64,000 bases of DNA, from contig JACPJC010000005.1 in NCBI GenBank assembly GCA_016187745.1, positions 192,308 to 256,307 on the forward strand, in the 5' to 3' direction. The notes under the pieces are model-generated. The model was not told where the DNA came from, did no database searches, and worked only from the letters and a program-made list of their open reading frames with translations. Numbering within the stretch: the first letter of the stretch is position 1; every line of letters starts with the position of its first letter. The position numbers and the translations under genes were made by a program. This document shows positions 28,583 through 38,016 of the stretch, in pieces. Source of the stretch: Candidatus Iainarchaeum sp. GTDB lineage: Archaea; Iainarchaeota; Iainarchaeia; Iainarchaeales; JAXPJC01.

Positions 28583-30106
28583 TTATACCTTCCTTTTATT
28601 TCTATAATCCTCAATAGCCCTCTTCAGCCCGTCCATTGCAAGGACAGAGCAGTGCATCTTGTTCGGGGGCAGCCCATCAAGCTCCTTTGCGATTTTCTCC
28701 TTGTTGATTTTAAGCGCATCCTCCAGCATCATGCCCTTTGCCATCTCTGTAAGCTTGCTGCTTGTCGCCAAAGCTGCGACGCATCCAAAAGTTTTAACCT
28801 TTATATCTTTAATTGTTTCTTGCCCCTTTTTATTTTTTCCCACCTTGATATAAACCCACATTAAATCTCCGCAATTATGCACACATAAGGATTCTGTTGT
28901 ATAAGACATTGAATTGGCAACTTCTAGATTTACAACAGCGCCATTGTAATCAAACTTTTCAATATCTGTTATTAAAGTATACAAATAATTTTCATCAAAC
29001 CAAGAATGCACTAATTCTGGTTTTTCTGCCTTAAAATCTATCCCCAAGATTTTTGCAAGATTCTCCAGGCCTTTTCTTTCACCTATATGAATCCTCCAAG
29101 CCTTTTGATGTTTTACTCCATCTTTACTGATTTTTGGTTTATCAATATATATAGAGGGAGCAATTTTTTGTCTCAGCAAGAGCGTAACTATCTGCTGAGT
29201 CAGTTGATATGAAATTGTAGCATAACATGCTCTCGGCCTTTTTTCATTAAAATAGCCATCGCCCTTCCACAATCCATAAATAAGGCTCTTTTGTTTTTCT
29301 GCTGGGAGCAGCATCATCCAGTGCGGAAGCTTCTTTTCTGCGGCGCCTTTCCCGAATAGAGATTTGAATAATCTAACAAACCATACGCTATTCACATTCA
29401 CAATAAGGGTATTTCTCTTTGGAACATATAATTTTTTTGCTTCAATTCCAAAATTATTTTTTACAATATATACTACATCATTTGCCAAATCCTCTTCATT
29501 TAAATTAAAGCTGAAACTAACTAGCGTTTTTGTTACAAGGTCCCTAAGCCCCCCCTCTGCCAGATAGTAGCCTGCAAGCCTGAGAAAATCATCATTTATT
29601 CCTATTTTTTCAGGAATTTTTTTACTTCGGAAGTCCCATTTCTTCCCAACTTGCTTAAATTCAATGGATTCTACATTCTTTTCTTCTTTCATTATTGGAT
29701 AAACTGACAAATCCCCCCCACTTAGTTCATCAGCATGATGCCATTCAATTGGAAGTGTTTTTTTATTTCTTGAGAAAGTATACTTCCATCTTTTTGGGAC
29801 CTTAACAGCTAAAACTTCATGCTCCGGAGTAACAATAGTTTTTCCCAATTTATTCTTAATGCTTAAAAGTTTTCCTGAATAACTTCTTTTAGGAATTCTT
29901 ACAACTTCATTATATAATCCATCATGCCCCAAAACCTTTATTCCTGCAGTAATTTCATCTATTTTAGTAAATTCATCATTTGCATGGATTTTTGTTTCAG
30001 GCACTAAACACACAGGATTGCCAATCTTTCCCAGCCCGTCTGGATTCTTTATTTCGCCTATATTATGCGGGCGCCTGAATTCTTTCATTACCTTTTCTGA
30101 GTACAT
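28583..30106 (-). CDS. iscU: IscU/NifU-N Fe-S scaffold protein interrupted by an intein (128 aa after splicing)
   Basis: The exteins rejoin as ..GNPV|CGD..KTFGC..LPPNKMHCS, giving all three conserved Cys. Confidence 0.95.
   Translation of the reverse strand: MYSEKVMKEFRRPHNIGEIKNPDGLGKIGNPVCLVPETKIHANDEFTKIDEITAGIKVLGHDGLYNEVVRIPKRSYSGKLLSIKNKLGKTIVTPEHEVLAVKVPKRWKYTFSRNKKTLPIEWHHADELSGGDLSVYPIMKEEKNVESIEFKQVGKKWDFRSKKIPEKIGINDDFLRLAGYYLAEGGLRDLVTKTLVSFSFNLNEEDLANDVVYIVKNNFGIEAKKLYVPKRNTLIVNVNSVWFVRLFKSLFGKGAAEKKLPHWMMLLPAEKQKSLIYGLWKGDGYFNEKRPRACYATISYQLTQQIVTLLLRQKIAPSIYIDKPKISKDGVKHQKAWRIHIGERKGLENLAKILGIDFKAEKPELVHSWFDENYLYTLITDIEKFDYNGAVVNLEVANSMSYTTESLCVHNCGDLMWVYIKVGKNKKGQETIKDIKVKTFGCVAALATSSKLTEMAKGMMLEDALKINKEKIAKELDGLPPNKMHCSVLAMDGLKRAIEDYRNKRKV
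28874..30010 (-). mobile_element. Intein (379 aa) with LAGLIDADG homing endonuclease
   Basis: Cys1 CLVPET, block B TPEH, LAGYYLAEG and IYGLWKGDG, block F VVNLEV, terminal HN followed by Cys+1; AT-rich. Confidence 0.95.
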
Positions 30107-30175
30107 CTTTTTGCTCCTTAATAATTCAAAACCTTGTAATTTTTAAACATTCCTAGAGTAAACCGCCACTGAACA

Positions 30176-31390
30176 CTAATGCGCATGCCCCTCATGCGTG
30201 TGCTCAATCTTCCCTTCAAACTCGCTTATGTCAATGCCCTTCCTCAGCGGGCTCATTTCCCTCAACCTTGCGATTATTGCGGGAAGCACATTCAGCAAAT
30301 AATCAATGTCCTTTGTTGTTGTGTCTCGCCCAAGAGTCAATCTCAATGAGCCGTGGCATTTCACATGCGGCAGCCCTATTGCGCGCAATACATGGCTCGG
30401 CTCAAGGCTTTTTGTGCTGCATGCGCTTCCTGTTGAGGCAGCAATCCCCTTCTCATCAAGCATTATCACTATGCTCTCCCCCTCGACAAAATCAAATCCA
30501 AGATTAGCATTTCCCGCCAAGCGATTTTTCAATGAGCCATTTAGCCATGAATCCTTGATTTTCAAGCAGCCCTTAATTAATTTATTCCTTAATTTGAGCT
30601 CGCGCGCATTCTCTTTTCCCATTTCCTTTATTGAGATTTTCAGCGCCTCGGCCATCCCAATAATTCCCGCAACATTCTCAGTTCCGCTTCTCAATCCATT
30701 CTCCTGCCCGCCCCCGTGCATTAGAGGATGGATGTTTGTTCCTTTCCTAACGTACAAAAAGCCAACCCCCTTCGGGCCGTAGAACTTGTGCGCGCTCGCG
30801 GAAAGCAAATCAATGTTCATCTTCTTCACATCAATCTGAATTTTCCCAAGCGTCTGAACGGCATCGGTATGGAAATAAATCCCCCTTTCCCTGCAAATTT
30901 TCCCTATTTCCCCAATAGGCTGTATTGTTCCGATTTCATTGTTCGCATGCATCACGCTTACAAGGATTGTCTTTTCAGTTATTGCGGATTCCAGCTCCTT
31001 TGGATTAATGAAGCCCCTGCTGTCCACTTCAAGATAGGTTACTTTGAATCCATCCTTCTCAAGGAATTTGCAGGTATGCAGTACAGCATGATGCTCAAAC
31101 ACGCTTGTGATTATGTGGTTTCCATTTTTTGAATTTGCATATGCAATTCCCTTTATTGCAAGGTTGTCGCTTTCTGTGCCCCCGGAAGTGAAAATTATCT
31201 CATTCGGCTCGGCATTTATCGCCCTAGCAATTTCCGCGCGCGCATTTTCCATTGCCTTTTTCGCTTCTGTCCCGAAATAATGCAAAGAGCCCGCATTCCC
31301 GTATTTCTCGCTGAAATATGGCCTCATTTTTGCAAGCGCCCTTCCATCAATTGGGGTAGTTGCCGCGTGGTCAAGATAAATGCGCCTCAT
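30176..31390 (-). CDS. iscS: Cysteine desulfurase IscS/NifS (group I)
   Basis: YLDHAATTP, FTSGGTESDN, HTDAVQ, SAHKFYGPKG, TGSACS; His-rich tail. Confidence 0.97.
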   Translation of the reverse strand: MRRIYLDHAATTPIDGRALAKMRPYFSEKYGNAGSLHYFGTEAKKAMENARAEIARAINAEPNEIIFTSGGTESDNLAIKGIAYANSKNGNHIITSVFEHHAVLHTCKFLEKDGFKVTYLEVDSRGFINPKELESAITEKTILVSVMHANNEIGTIQPIGEIGKICRERGIYFHTDAVQTLGKIQIDVKKMNIDLLSASAHKFYGPKGVGFLYVRKGTNIHPLMHGGGQENGLRSGTENVAGIIGMAEALKISIKEMGKENARELKLRNKLIKGCLKIKDSWLNGSLKNRLAGNANLGFDFVEGESIVIMLDEKGIAASTGSACSTKSLEPSHVLRAIGLPHVKCHGSLRLTLGRDTTTKDIDYLLNVLPAIIARLREMSPLRKGIDISEFEGKIEHTHEGHAH

Positions 31391-31716
31391 GCTCCGTGCT
31401 CCTTGCTGCAGACCCTGCAGACATTCTGCTTGTAGAATGCTATCGCATCCAATATGCCGCTCCTTGCCTTCATTTTTCCGAAGTTTTCGCTTATGGAGTA
31501 TATGCGCCCCTTCCCCCTCTTATCAACATGCACAAACCTGCATTTCCTCAGCACCTGCAGCGCATGGCTTATTTTGCTCTGCTCCTCATGCAGGGAACCA
31601 GCAAGCCCGAGGACTGTTTTAGGATTTTTTTTCAGTTCGGAAATGATTTTCAGGCGCAGGGGGTTCGCAAGAACCTCGAAGCACCTGTAATTGGAAACAG
31701 ATGAATCAGCTTTCAT
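31387..31716 (-). CDS. ArsR-family regulator heading the isc operon
   Basis: LANPLRLKII..QSKISHAL..V..RGKGRIYS; ATGA-coupled to iscS. Confidence 0.88.
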   Translation of the reverse strand: MKADSSVSNYRCFEVLANPLRLKIISELKKNPKTVLGLAGSLHEEQSKISHALQVLRKCRFVHVDKRGKGRIYSISENFGKMKARSGILDAIAFYKQNVCRVCSKEHGA

Positions 31717-31755
31717 ATGAATATTGCATCATATAAGTTTATAAGGATTGTGGAA

Positions 31756-32652
31756 TTAGCGCCTTGCGGTTGTCGGGCGTTTTTCATAGATTCTTTTCAT
31801 GGAGCCCCTTCTGAACCTTGACTTCTTTGCCCTTGTTGTCTCTGAGAACTGGTCAATTACATAAGTTTGGCCCTTTTCTCCTGGCCTGTCCCTCAATTTG
31901 ATTAATATGTTTGGCGAAACAAAATCAGGGCTCGGATAAGCTAAGCCCGCACTTTCATAATGCCTGATAAGCCGGCCTTGCGCATTATAAATTGATTTTC
32001 CAAATCCCACTACCAGCCCCCAAGCCTCGTGCTTTAAATCACTAGGCAATTGCCCTAATGACAATGGATCCTTTATGTATCGCATTGCGAGAAAAGGCCC
32101 TTTGTAGGCGATTACTTCTGCCACTCTCAACTCGAAATTTTTTGACTCCGGAAGCATTTTGTTTGCTGTCAGCCAGTTATATATTTTATGCAGGCTGTGC
32201 AGGGTTTTTGCCTGGTTTTCTGGGCTGCTCCTTGCGCCCTTCTTGAATTTTTTAATTATCAAATCATACCAATGCATTCCGCTTGAAGAAACGAAAACAT
32301 TTTCCTTGCCCAAATGAAAATGCCTTACTTCACCCTCTCCCCCGCCGCCGATTCTTGGCAATTTCAGGAAGAACTCATTAGTGAAAATCCCAGGAAACTG
32401 CCGCTCCAGTTTTGCCCTGTTGTATCTCCATTTTTCAATGCGCCCCAGCCAATCTACTTTTAAATCAGGCAACGGACTCCCCAATGGCGCACCCAACCCC
32501 TGCTTTTTTTCCAAATATCCTTTCACACTTTTCGGAAGCCTTTCAGTTTCAAACAACTTCCTTCTTCTTTCCCTTTCTAATCCCTTTATCCATTTAGGTC
32601 TTGCCATTTTTAACAGCCTCTTGCCTGTCAAGTATCTGACCAAGCGCTTCAA
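31756..32652 (-). CDS. Protein-kinase-like fold protein with basic N-terminus
   Basis: IGGGGEGEV (Gly loop), IIKK, DFVSPNIL (catalytic-loop-like), VIDQ. Confidence 0.55.
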   Translation of the reverse strand: MKRLVRYLTGKRLLKMARPKWIKGLERERRRKLFETERLPKSVKGYLEKKQGLGAPLGSPLPDLKVDWLGRIEKWRYNRAKLERQFPGIFTNEFFLKLPRIGGGGEGEVRHFHLGKENVFVSSSGMHWYDLIIKKFKKGARSSPENQAKTLHSLHKIYNWLTANKMLPESKNFELRVAEVIAYKGPFLAMRYIKDPLSLGQLPSDLKHEAWGLVVGFGKSIYNAQGRLIRHYESAGLAYPSPDFVSPNILIKLRDRPGEKGQTYVIDQFSETTRAKKSRFRRGSMKRIYEKRPTTARR

Positions 32653-33175
32653 TCAGATTGAGCGCCTGCTTCTTTCTCTTAACAACAGTTTCAAAGTTTG
32701 TTTCGGTTTCAAAGCGCTTTGTTACGTGCATAACAATATTCCTAAATGCGCTTATTGCCTTCAAATCCTCCCTGAATTCCTTTTTGCTCCTGTAAATTTC
32801 CTGCTGGGAGAACAAATTCCCGTTTTCAAGCAGGCATCTGATAAAATCATTCATATTTTTTTCATTCAGTTCCTTAACCGGATTATTGCACCATTCATTA
32901 ACCCTGTATAACTTTGACTCTATTTCGCTCAGCAGAACAAAAAATGCGATTCTCAGGGGCCGTTTAAGCAAAAATGCGCGCTCAACCACCCTTCCATCAT
33001 CAAGCATCAGGCATTCATTCTTTTCAAGCAAATCAAGCGCATCAAAAACCGGGAGCTTTCCATCAACAGCTGCGGAAGTGCAGTAATTTTTCCCGCCATT
33101 TTTTCTTGCAAGCAAATCAACAGTCATCTGGCCTGAAATGCTGCTGAAAAACTTCTCAAAATCTCCTTTGCGCAT
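32594..33175 (-). CDS. Hypothetical protein
   Basis: 193-aa ORF; the C-terminal FRNIVMH resembles a HEPN RxxxxH motif. Confidence 0.65.
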   Translation of the reverse strand: MRKGDFEKFFSSISGQMTVDLLARKNGGKNYCTSAAVDGKLPVFDALDLLEKNECLMLDDGRVVERAFLLKRPLRIAFFVLLSEIESKLYRVNEWCNNPVKELNEKNMNDFIRCLLENGNLFSQQEIYRSKKEFREDLKAISAFRNIVMHVTKRFETETNFETVVKRKKQALNLIEALGQILDRQEAVKNGKT

Positions 33176-33178
33176 ATG

Positions 33179-33961
33179 TCAATTACCTTCCTTAAGTATT
33201 ATTATATTTCCCCTTCCGCGCTTTATCTTCTTTACTATTCCCGCATCTTCAAGCTCGCTCAGTATCAGGGAAATTTTCGCCTCCCCTATCCCGGTTATTT
33301 TGTCGCGCAGCTCTTTCTGCGTCAATCTGTTGCCTGATTTGCGCAATGCCTCAATAACCTCTTTCGCATACTTGTCCGGCGCATATTGCGCATTCCGCTG
33401 CTCCGCCTGCTGCGCCCCATGCGCTGCTTTTTCCGGATCCCATCTTATTGGGACTGCAGTTTCCTCAATATTCCTTATCCGCCCCCTGAAGAAAAGGAAA
33501 ACTGCTGCAATTACAGCAATGAATGCGGCAAAGGCAATGGCAAAATAAAGCGGGTTGAACCCCCCCGCGCTTAATCCATCCCTAATATCAATATCAGCAT
33601 CAGGGAATTCAGGCAAAGCCCCATCATCAATTGCAGGCAGCATTATCAAGTCAATAATGTAATTCCCGTCCTCAACAATAAGCACATTCTCATCCGCAGA
33701 ATATTTCAGCGCAGAATCCTCATAATACTCCGCATGAAGGCTGTAATTTCCCCTTGGAAGGAAAAATTCATAATCCCCGTTTTTTGAAACATACCTCTGC
33801 TCCGGAACAGAATTCACATCAATTACAACATTGTCAAGCTCATTCAGCGAGAACCACTCATACACCTTCCCATGCACATATGCCGAATCGGCGTTGCTGA
33901 GCAGAAAAACCAGAATTGCAGCAACCGCAAGCAATTTCTTCATTAAAATCATTTCCCACAA
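33179..33961 (-). CDS. One-component membrane regulator-like protein: extracellular beta domain, TM helix, C-terminal winged helix
   Basis: Signal peptide, VHGKVY..GDYEF.LPRG.Y, TM, LTQKELR..EAKISLILSELE..KKIKRGRGNII. Confidence 0.8.
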   Translation of the reverse strand: MWEMILMKKLLAVAAILVFLLSNADSAYVHGKVYEWFSLNELDNVVIDVNSVPEQRYVSKNGDYEFFLPRGNYSLHAEYYEDSALKYSADENVLIVEDGNYIIDLIMLPAIDDGALPEFPDADIDIRDGLSAGGFNPLYFAIAFAAFIAVIAAVFLFFRGRIRNIEETAVPIRWDPEKAAHGAQQAEQRNAQYAPDKYAKEVIEALRKSGNRLTQKELRDKITGIGEAKISLILSELEDAGIVKKIKRGRGNIIILKEGN

Positions 33962-34138
33962 AAAGTAATTTAAACCGAGCGTAAATCTTAAGCGGCGCGC
34001 ATAAACCTTAATTTAGCGCAAAAAGCCCGCATAAAGCTTTGTTTTTTGCTGCACAAAAAGAATGTATTTAAATAAACCCGGCAGCATTATCTGCGTGCAG
34101 GAAAGCACAAATTCAAAATAAGAAGGGAGGCAAATAAA

Positions 34139-35689
34139 ATGAACGCAAAAATAATTCCAGCCCTGGTTGCCATGCTTTTCCTATTCAGCATTCTGCCAAC
34201 GGCAATTGCTGCCGAAAAGGGCGCCGAGAGCGGCAAGGCAATGGATGCCAGCAAGCTTGAAATATTGAAAGAACTTAAAGACCTCAAGAAGGGAGAATTG
34301 GACAAATACAAGGACTTAAAAAGCGATGAAATAGATAAATTCCAGAATCTGCGCAGGGAAGCCTTCAGGCGCATAAATGCGCTGAGCAAAGATGAAATAG
34401 AGAAGCTCAAGGAACTTTCAAAAGAGGACATAAACGGCTTCGGGCAGCTCGTGAGCGGCAAACTGCGCATTTTGGTCCAGCTGCGCAAGGAAGATTTGGA
34501 AAAACTGAAAGGCCTGAAAAAAGAGCAGCTCTACAAGATTGCTGCGCTGAAAAAGGAAGAGCTCAACAAACTGAAGGAGCTGAAAAAAGTCGACATAAAC
34601 AATTTCAGCGAGCTTGATATGGAAACGCTGCAGAATATGCTCGAACTGAACAAGGAGGAACTTGAGAAGTTTGGCGGATCAAGCGGCAGGGGGCTTGACA
34701 AGCTTTCGCAGCTGGGCAAGGAAGGCATACGCAAACTGGCACTGCTTTCCCGCGATGAAATAAAATCCATAGTCTCAAAACTTCCTGAAATGTACAAGTA
34801 CAGGAAGAACTACCTTGAGGCAAAAGAAAACTACAAGGTCCTGAGGGAGGAATTCATCGAAGCCAGAAAATACTTCATGGATTCGAAATCCGACTTCCTC
34901 AAGGCAAGAAACGCCTACAGGGATGCGAATGCAGATGCAGACAGGGAAGCGCTGAAGGAAGAGCTAAGGAAAAGGGCAATTGAAGCGCTTTTGGACCAAG
35001 TGGATGCAGCAATAAAGCATCTCCAAACTTTGAAGGAAAAGGGCATTGCCACTGAGAGCGTGGATGCAGAGATTGCGGGCTTCGAGGCGCACAAGCCAGT
35101 CCTTGAAAACCCAGAGGTTACGGCAGAGCAAATAGTTCAGGAATCCAAAAAAATAAATGCGCATCTTGCAAAGGTTAAAAAGGCGTCAAAACTGCAGGCA
35201 GGCAAGTCCCTTGACAACAGGATTGCAGCAATAATAAGGCAGGCTGAAAATGCCTACACAAAAATCTCTGCCCTGCTTGACAAGCTGGAATCCCGCGGAA
35301 AAGATGCAAGCGAATTGCGCGATGCGCTTTCCGCATTCGCAGAGGACATAAACAAAACAAGGGAAGCATATGAAAATGCAAAGGAGAAATGGGAAGCGGC
35401 AGAAACAGCGGAAGATGCAGACAAAATCCTCAGGGAAGGCCACGAGTATGTGAAGAACGCGCACAGGAGATTGAAGCACGCATTCCACATCCTGAAACAG
35501 ATAATACACAACTACAACAAGCTTCAGAGCGGGGAAGAAACAGAAGCAATAGAGATAGAGCCGATAACAGATGCGCCGGTTGAGATAACTGCGGATGCAG
35601 ACCAAACAAATGCAGATACCAGCGGGGGGCTGGTTCAGCCGGCATCGGCAGATGCAAACACTGATGCAGAAGTGGGTGAAGCAGAATGA
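34139..35689 (+). CDS. Large secreted coiled-coil protein with ~11-residue Lys/Glu/Leu repeats
   Basis: Signal peptide; recurring LKxLKKEDLE-type units; acidic tail. Confidence 0.8.
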   Translation: MNAKIIPALVAMLFLFSILPTAIAAEKGAESGKAMDASKLEILKELKDLKKGELDKYKDLKSDEIDKFQNLRREAFRRINALSKDEIEKLKELSKEDINGFGQLVSGKLRILVQLRKEDLEKLKGLKKEQLYKIAALKKEELNKLKELKKVDINNFSELDMETLQNMLELNKEELEKFGGSSGRGLDKLSQLGKEGIRKLALLSRDEIKSIVSKLPEMYKYRKNYLEAKENYKVLREEFIEARKYFMDSKSDFLKARNAYRDANADADREALKEELRKRAIEALLDQVDAAIKHLQTLKEKGIATESVDAEIAGFEAHKPVLENPEVTAEQIVQESKKINAHLAKVKKASKLQAGKSLDNRIAAIIRQAENAYTKISALLDKLESRGKDASELRDALSAFAEDINKTREAYENAKEKWEAAETAEDADKILREGHEYVKNAHRRLKHAFHILKQIIHNYNKLQSGEETEAIEIEPITDAPVEITADADQTNADTSGGLVQPASADANTDAEVGEAE

Positions 35690-35949
35690 AGCTATCTTGC
35701 ATAATCCCAATAGTATTGATTGCAGTCCTGCTTCTGCTTTTCGGCTGCGTGCAGAACGGAAAAACAGGCGATGCTGAAGGAGTTCTTGCAAGCGCGCAGC
35801 TTGAGGGAACCGGAAGCTCCGCATCAGACATTACCGCGGAAAATGTTTCGGACATAGGCACAAGCATAGATGCAACAGCAGATGCCATTGAGGGCTTTGA
35901 GGATACCGAGCTTGAGGAACTCCCAATAGATGAAACAACCTTCCAGTAA
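35686..35949 (+). CDS. Small acidic lipoprotein
   Basis: Lipobox LLFGC; acidic mature part. Confidence 0.7.
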   Translation: MKLSCIIPIVLIAVLLLLFGCVQNGKTGDAEGVLASAQLEGTGSSASDITAENVSDIGTSIDATADAIEGFEDTELEELPIDETTFQ

Positions 35950-36072
35950 ATCGGATTGTTGTTTCATTTTTTTCTTTTTTTATTTTTAACCGGCTATTGT
36001 GCAATTACGGTTTCTCGGAAACGGACCACAGAAGCCCGAAATATTTCCTGTAAGTTGAACTTCTCCAGCGTT

Positions 36073-36906
36073 TTATTGCGCAGCATCAAAATTCCTTGCG
36101 ATTTTTGATAGGATTTTGTTGCTTTGCTTCATGTCCCTGCCCATGCGCTTCACGCTGCCGCCCATAGTTTTTATACTATTGTTTATGCCCTTCAGGGTCT
36201 TGGAAACAGAGCCATACTTGCCGTCTAACTTGCTGAAGTTATTGGAGGTTTCTTTCCTGAAGGAGTCAGTTTTTCCCCCAAGTGTAGACCCAAGCCTCTT
36301 GAAATTATTTGAAGTTTCTTTCCTAAATGTGTCCGTTTTGCCGCCCAAAGTATTTTCAAGCCTTTTGAAATTGCTTGAAGTTTCCTTCCTGAATGAGTCC
36401 GTCTTTCCACCCAGGGTATTTTCAAGCCGTTTTAAATTATTGGAGCTCTCTTTCCTGAATGATTTTGTTTCTGACATTAGCGAGTCGGTTTTTGAGTTCA
36501 GGGAATGCATCATCAGCGTTGCAATTTCCGCCTTTTCTATCATCTCCCTATTTTCAAGGCTAAGCTCTTTCCCATAATCTATTTCAAAGACCCCAAGCCC
36601 CCTGCCTGGCATTATAAATTCCTCATCCCCCCCAAAGAGAACCTTAATCTTCCCAACATGAAGCGATAACGGATCTGAAGGATTGCCTTTGATGTTTATT
36701 TTTTCTATGAAGGCGTATGTTTCCGGTTTCGCCGCTCGCGCATAAATTTCCACAGAACCATCATCCAGATTGCGCGCAAAGCCCCTAATTTGCATGTTCT
36801 TCGCTATCTGCTTTGCATATGCGCGGAAGCCAACGCCCTGAACATTCCCGAAAACCAGAATTCTTGCTATTGCCAAGTTTTCACATAAATACTTGCATGC
36901 AACCAA
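36073..36906 (-). CDS. Acylphosphatase-domain protein with 22-aa tandem repeats
   Basis: GNVQGVGFR..GFARNLDDGSVE; four GGKTDSFRKETSxNFKRLENTL-type repeats. Confidence 0.85.
   Translation of the reverse strand: MVACKYLCENLAIARILVFGNVQGVGFRAYAKQIAKNMQIRGFARNLDDGSVEIYARAAKPETYAFIEKINIKGNPSDPLSLHVGKIKVLFGGDEEFIMPGRGLGVFEIDYGKELSLENREMIEKAEIATLMMHSLNSKTDSLMSETKSFRKESSNNLKRLENTLGGKTDSFRKETSSNFKRLENTLGGKTDTFRKETSNNFKRLGSTLGGKTDSFRKETSNNFSKLDGKYGSVSKTLKGINNSIKTMGGSVKRMGRDMKQSNKILSKIARNFDAAQ
36232..36475 (-). repeat. In-frame tandem repeat, 66-bp period, about 4 copies
   Basis: The S/T-FRK codons end at 36462, 36396, 36330 and 36264. Confidence 0.9.
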
Positions 36907-36953
36907 TATTTAAGCATTCCTATTTTTACGCTTATTGCCGATACTTTAAATTG

Positions 36954-37964
36954 TCAGGTTTCAGCCCTGCGGAGCAGCCTTCTCTTTATTTTTCCCGCCT
37001 TTTCCCCTATTGCGCGCTTCCCGATCCTTTCTGCAATCTTCTCCTTTATTTTGCGCCTTCCCACAACGCTTTTTGTAGCGTACTTCAAACCCTGCAGAAT
37101 TTCCTTCCTGTGCAATGGCTCAACCGCGGGCTCGTAAATATTGCTTTTAAGCTCCTTCATCAGCGGCCCCGCCCATATCACATTCCTTTTGTCCTGCAGC
37201 GCGCGCAGCAGAAATTCATTTGTAATTTCCTTTGTTTCATCGACCCTCATCCTCAGCATCCCGCAGCCTATCCTTTCCGCGGAATGCGCGTCGCTCCCTG
37301 CGGTAATGAAAGCGGCCTTCTCCCCCAGTTCTATTGGGGCAACGCAGCGGTTTACCAGCTCCGAGCTTTTCGCATCAATCTTCTTCCTCATTTTTGCCCC
37401 TATTTTCCCTATTGCAATCCTTCTCGCGACCCTGTTCCTCTCAAGGAAGCCGAAGAACTTCAATGGCCTCTTTATCCAGCCCGAATCCAGCACATACCTG
37501 TACAAGCTTCCTATCATCCCGTCGTATGTTTCCACCCCGATATAATTGCGCTCGACAATCCTCTCAAGGCTTTTCCTCCCTATCAAGTAAGCCGCGCTGT
37601 CCTGGCTGAATCCCCAGGGGTGCGCAATGCTAAGGAGCAAATTATTCTCTTTTGCAATTTCAATTGCCCTTTCTATTGGCAGATCAATTTGAAGCAGCTC
37701 GGGAATTCCATAAATGCTTTCATCCTTGCAGTAAGCAATTACATGCCCTATGTTTGTTTTCAGCTCAATCCCCGGAATAAGAAGCACGCCCTCCGGCTTC
37801 TCCGCTGCAATCCTCTCATATGCCTCCTTGGGGTTGTGCTCCGCGTGTTCCGTAATTGCAACGGCATCCAGGCCTATCTCAAGTACGCGCTTCCAGTACT
37901 CAGAGGCTTTAGTGTCCTTTTCAATTGCGTGAGTGTGAAGGTCCGCGCTGATGGTTTTGTGCAT
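36954..37964 (-). CDS. PHP-domain metallophosphoesterase
   Basis: DLHTH, AITEH, GIE, GHV, AHP, GSDAH. Confidence 0.88.
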   Translation of the reverse strand: MHKTISADLHTHAIEKDTKASEYWKRVLEIGLDAVAITEHAEHNPKEAYERIAAEKPEGVLLIPGIELKTNIGHVIAYCKDESIYGIPELLQIDLPIERAIEIAKENNLLLSIAHPWGFSQDSAAYLIGRKSLERIVERNYIGVETYDGMIGSLYRYVLDSGWIKRPLKFFGFLERNRVARRIAIGKIGAKMRKKIDAKSSELVNRCVAPIELGEKAAFITAGSDAHSAERIGCGMLRMRVDETKEITNEFLLRALQDKRNVIWAGPLMKELKSNIYEPAVEPLHRKEILQGLKYATKSVVGRRKIKEKIAERIGKRAIGEKAGKIKRRLLRRAET

Positions 37965-38016
37965 TATAATTAGATATGCAGAAAGTTATTTATAGGTTTA
38001 CAAACCCAATTCTACA

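Noticed and set aside
36813-37973. 386-aa plus-strand ORF
   Set aside because: It is the exact antisense shadow of the PHP gene, which has clear catalytic motifs; it has no motif of its own.
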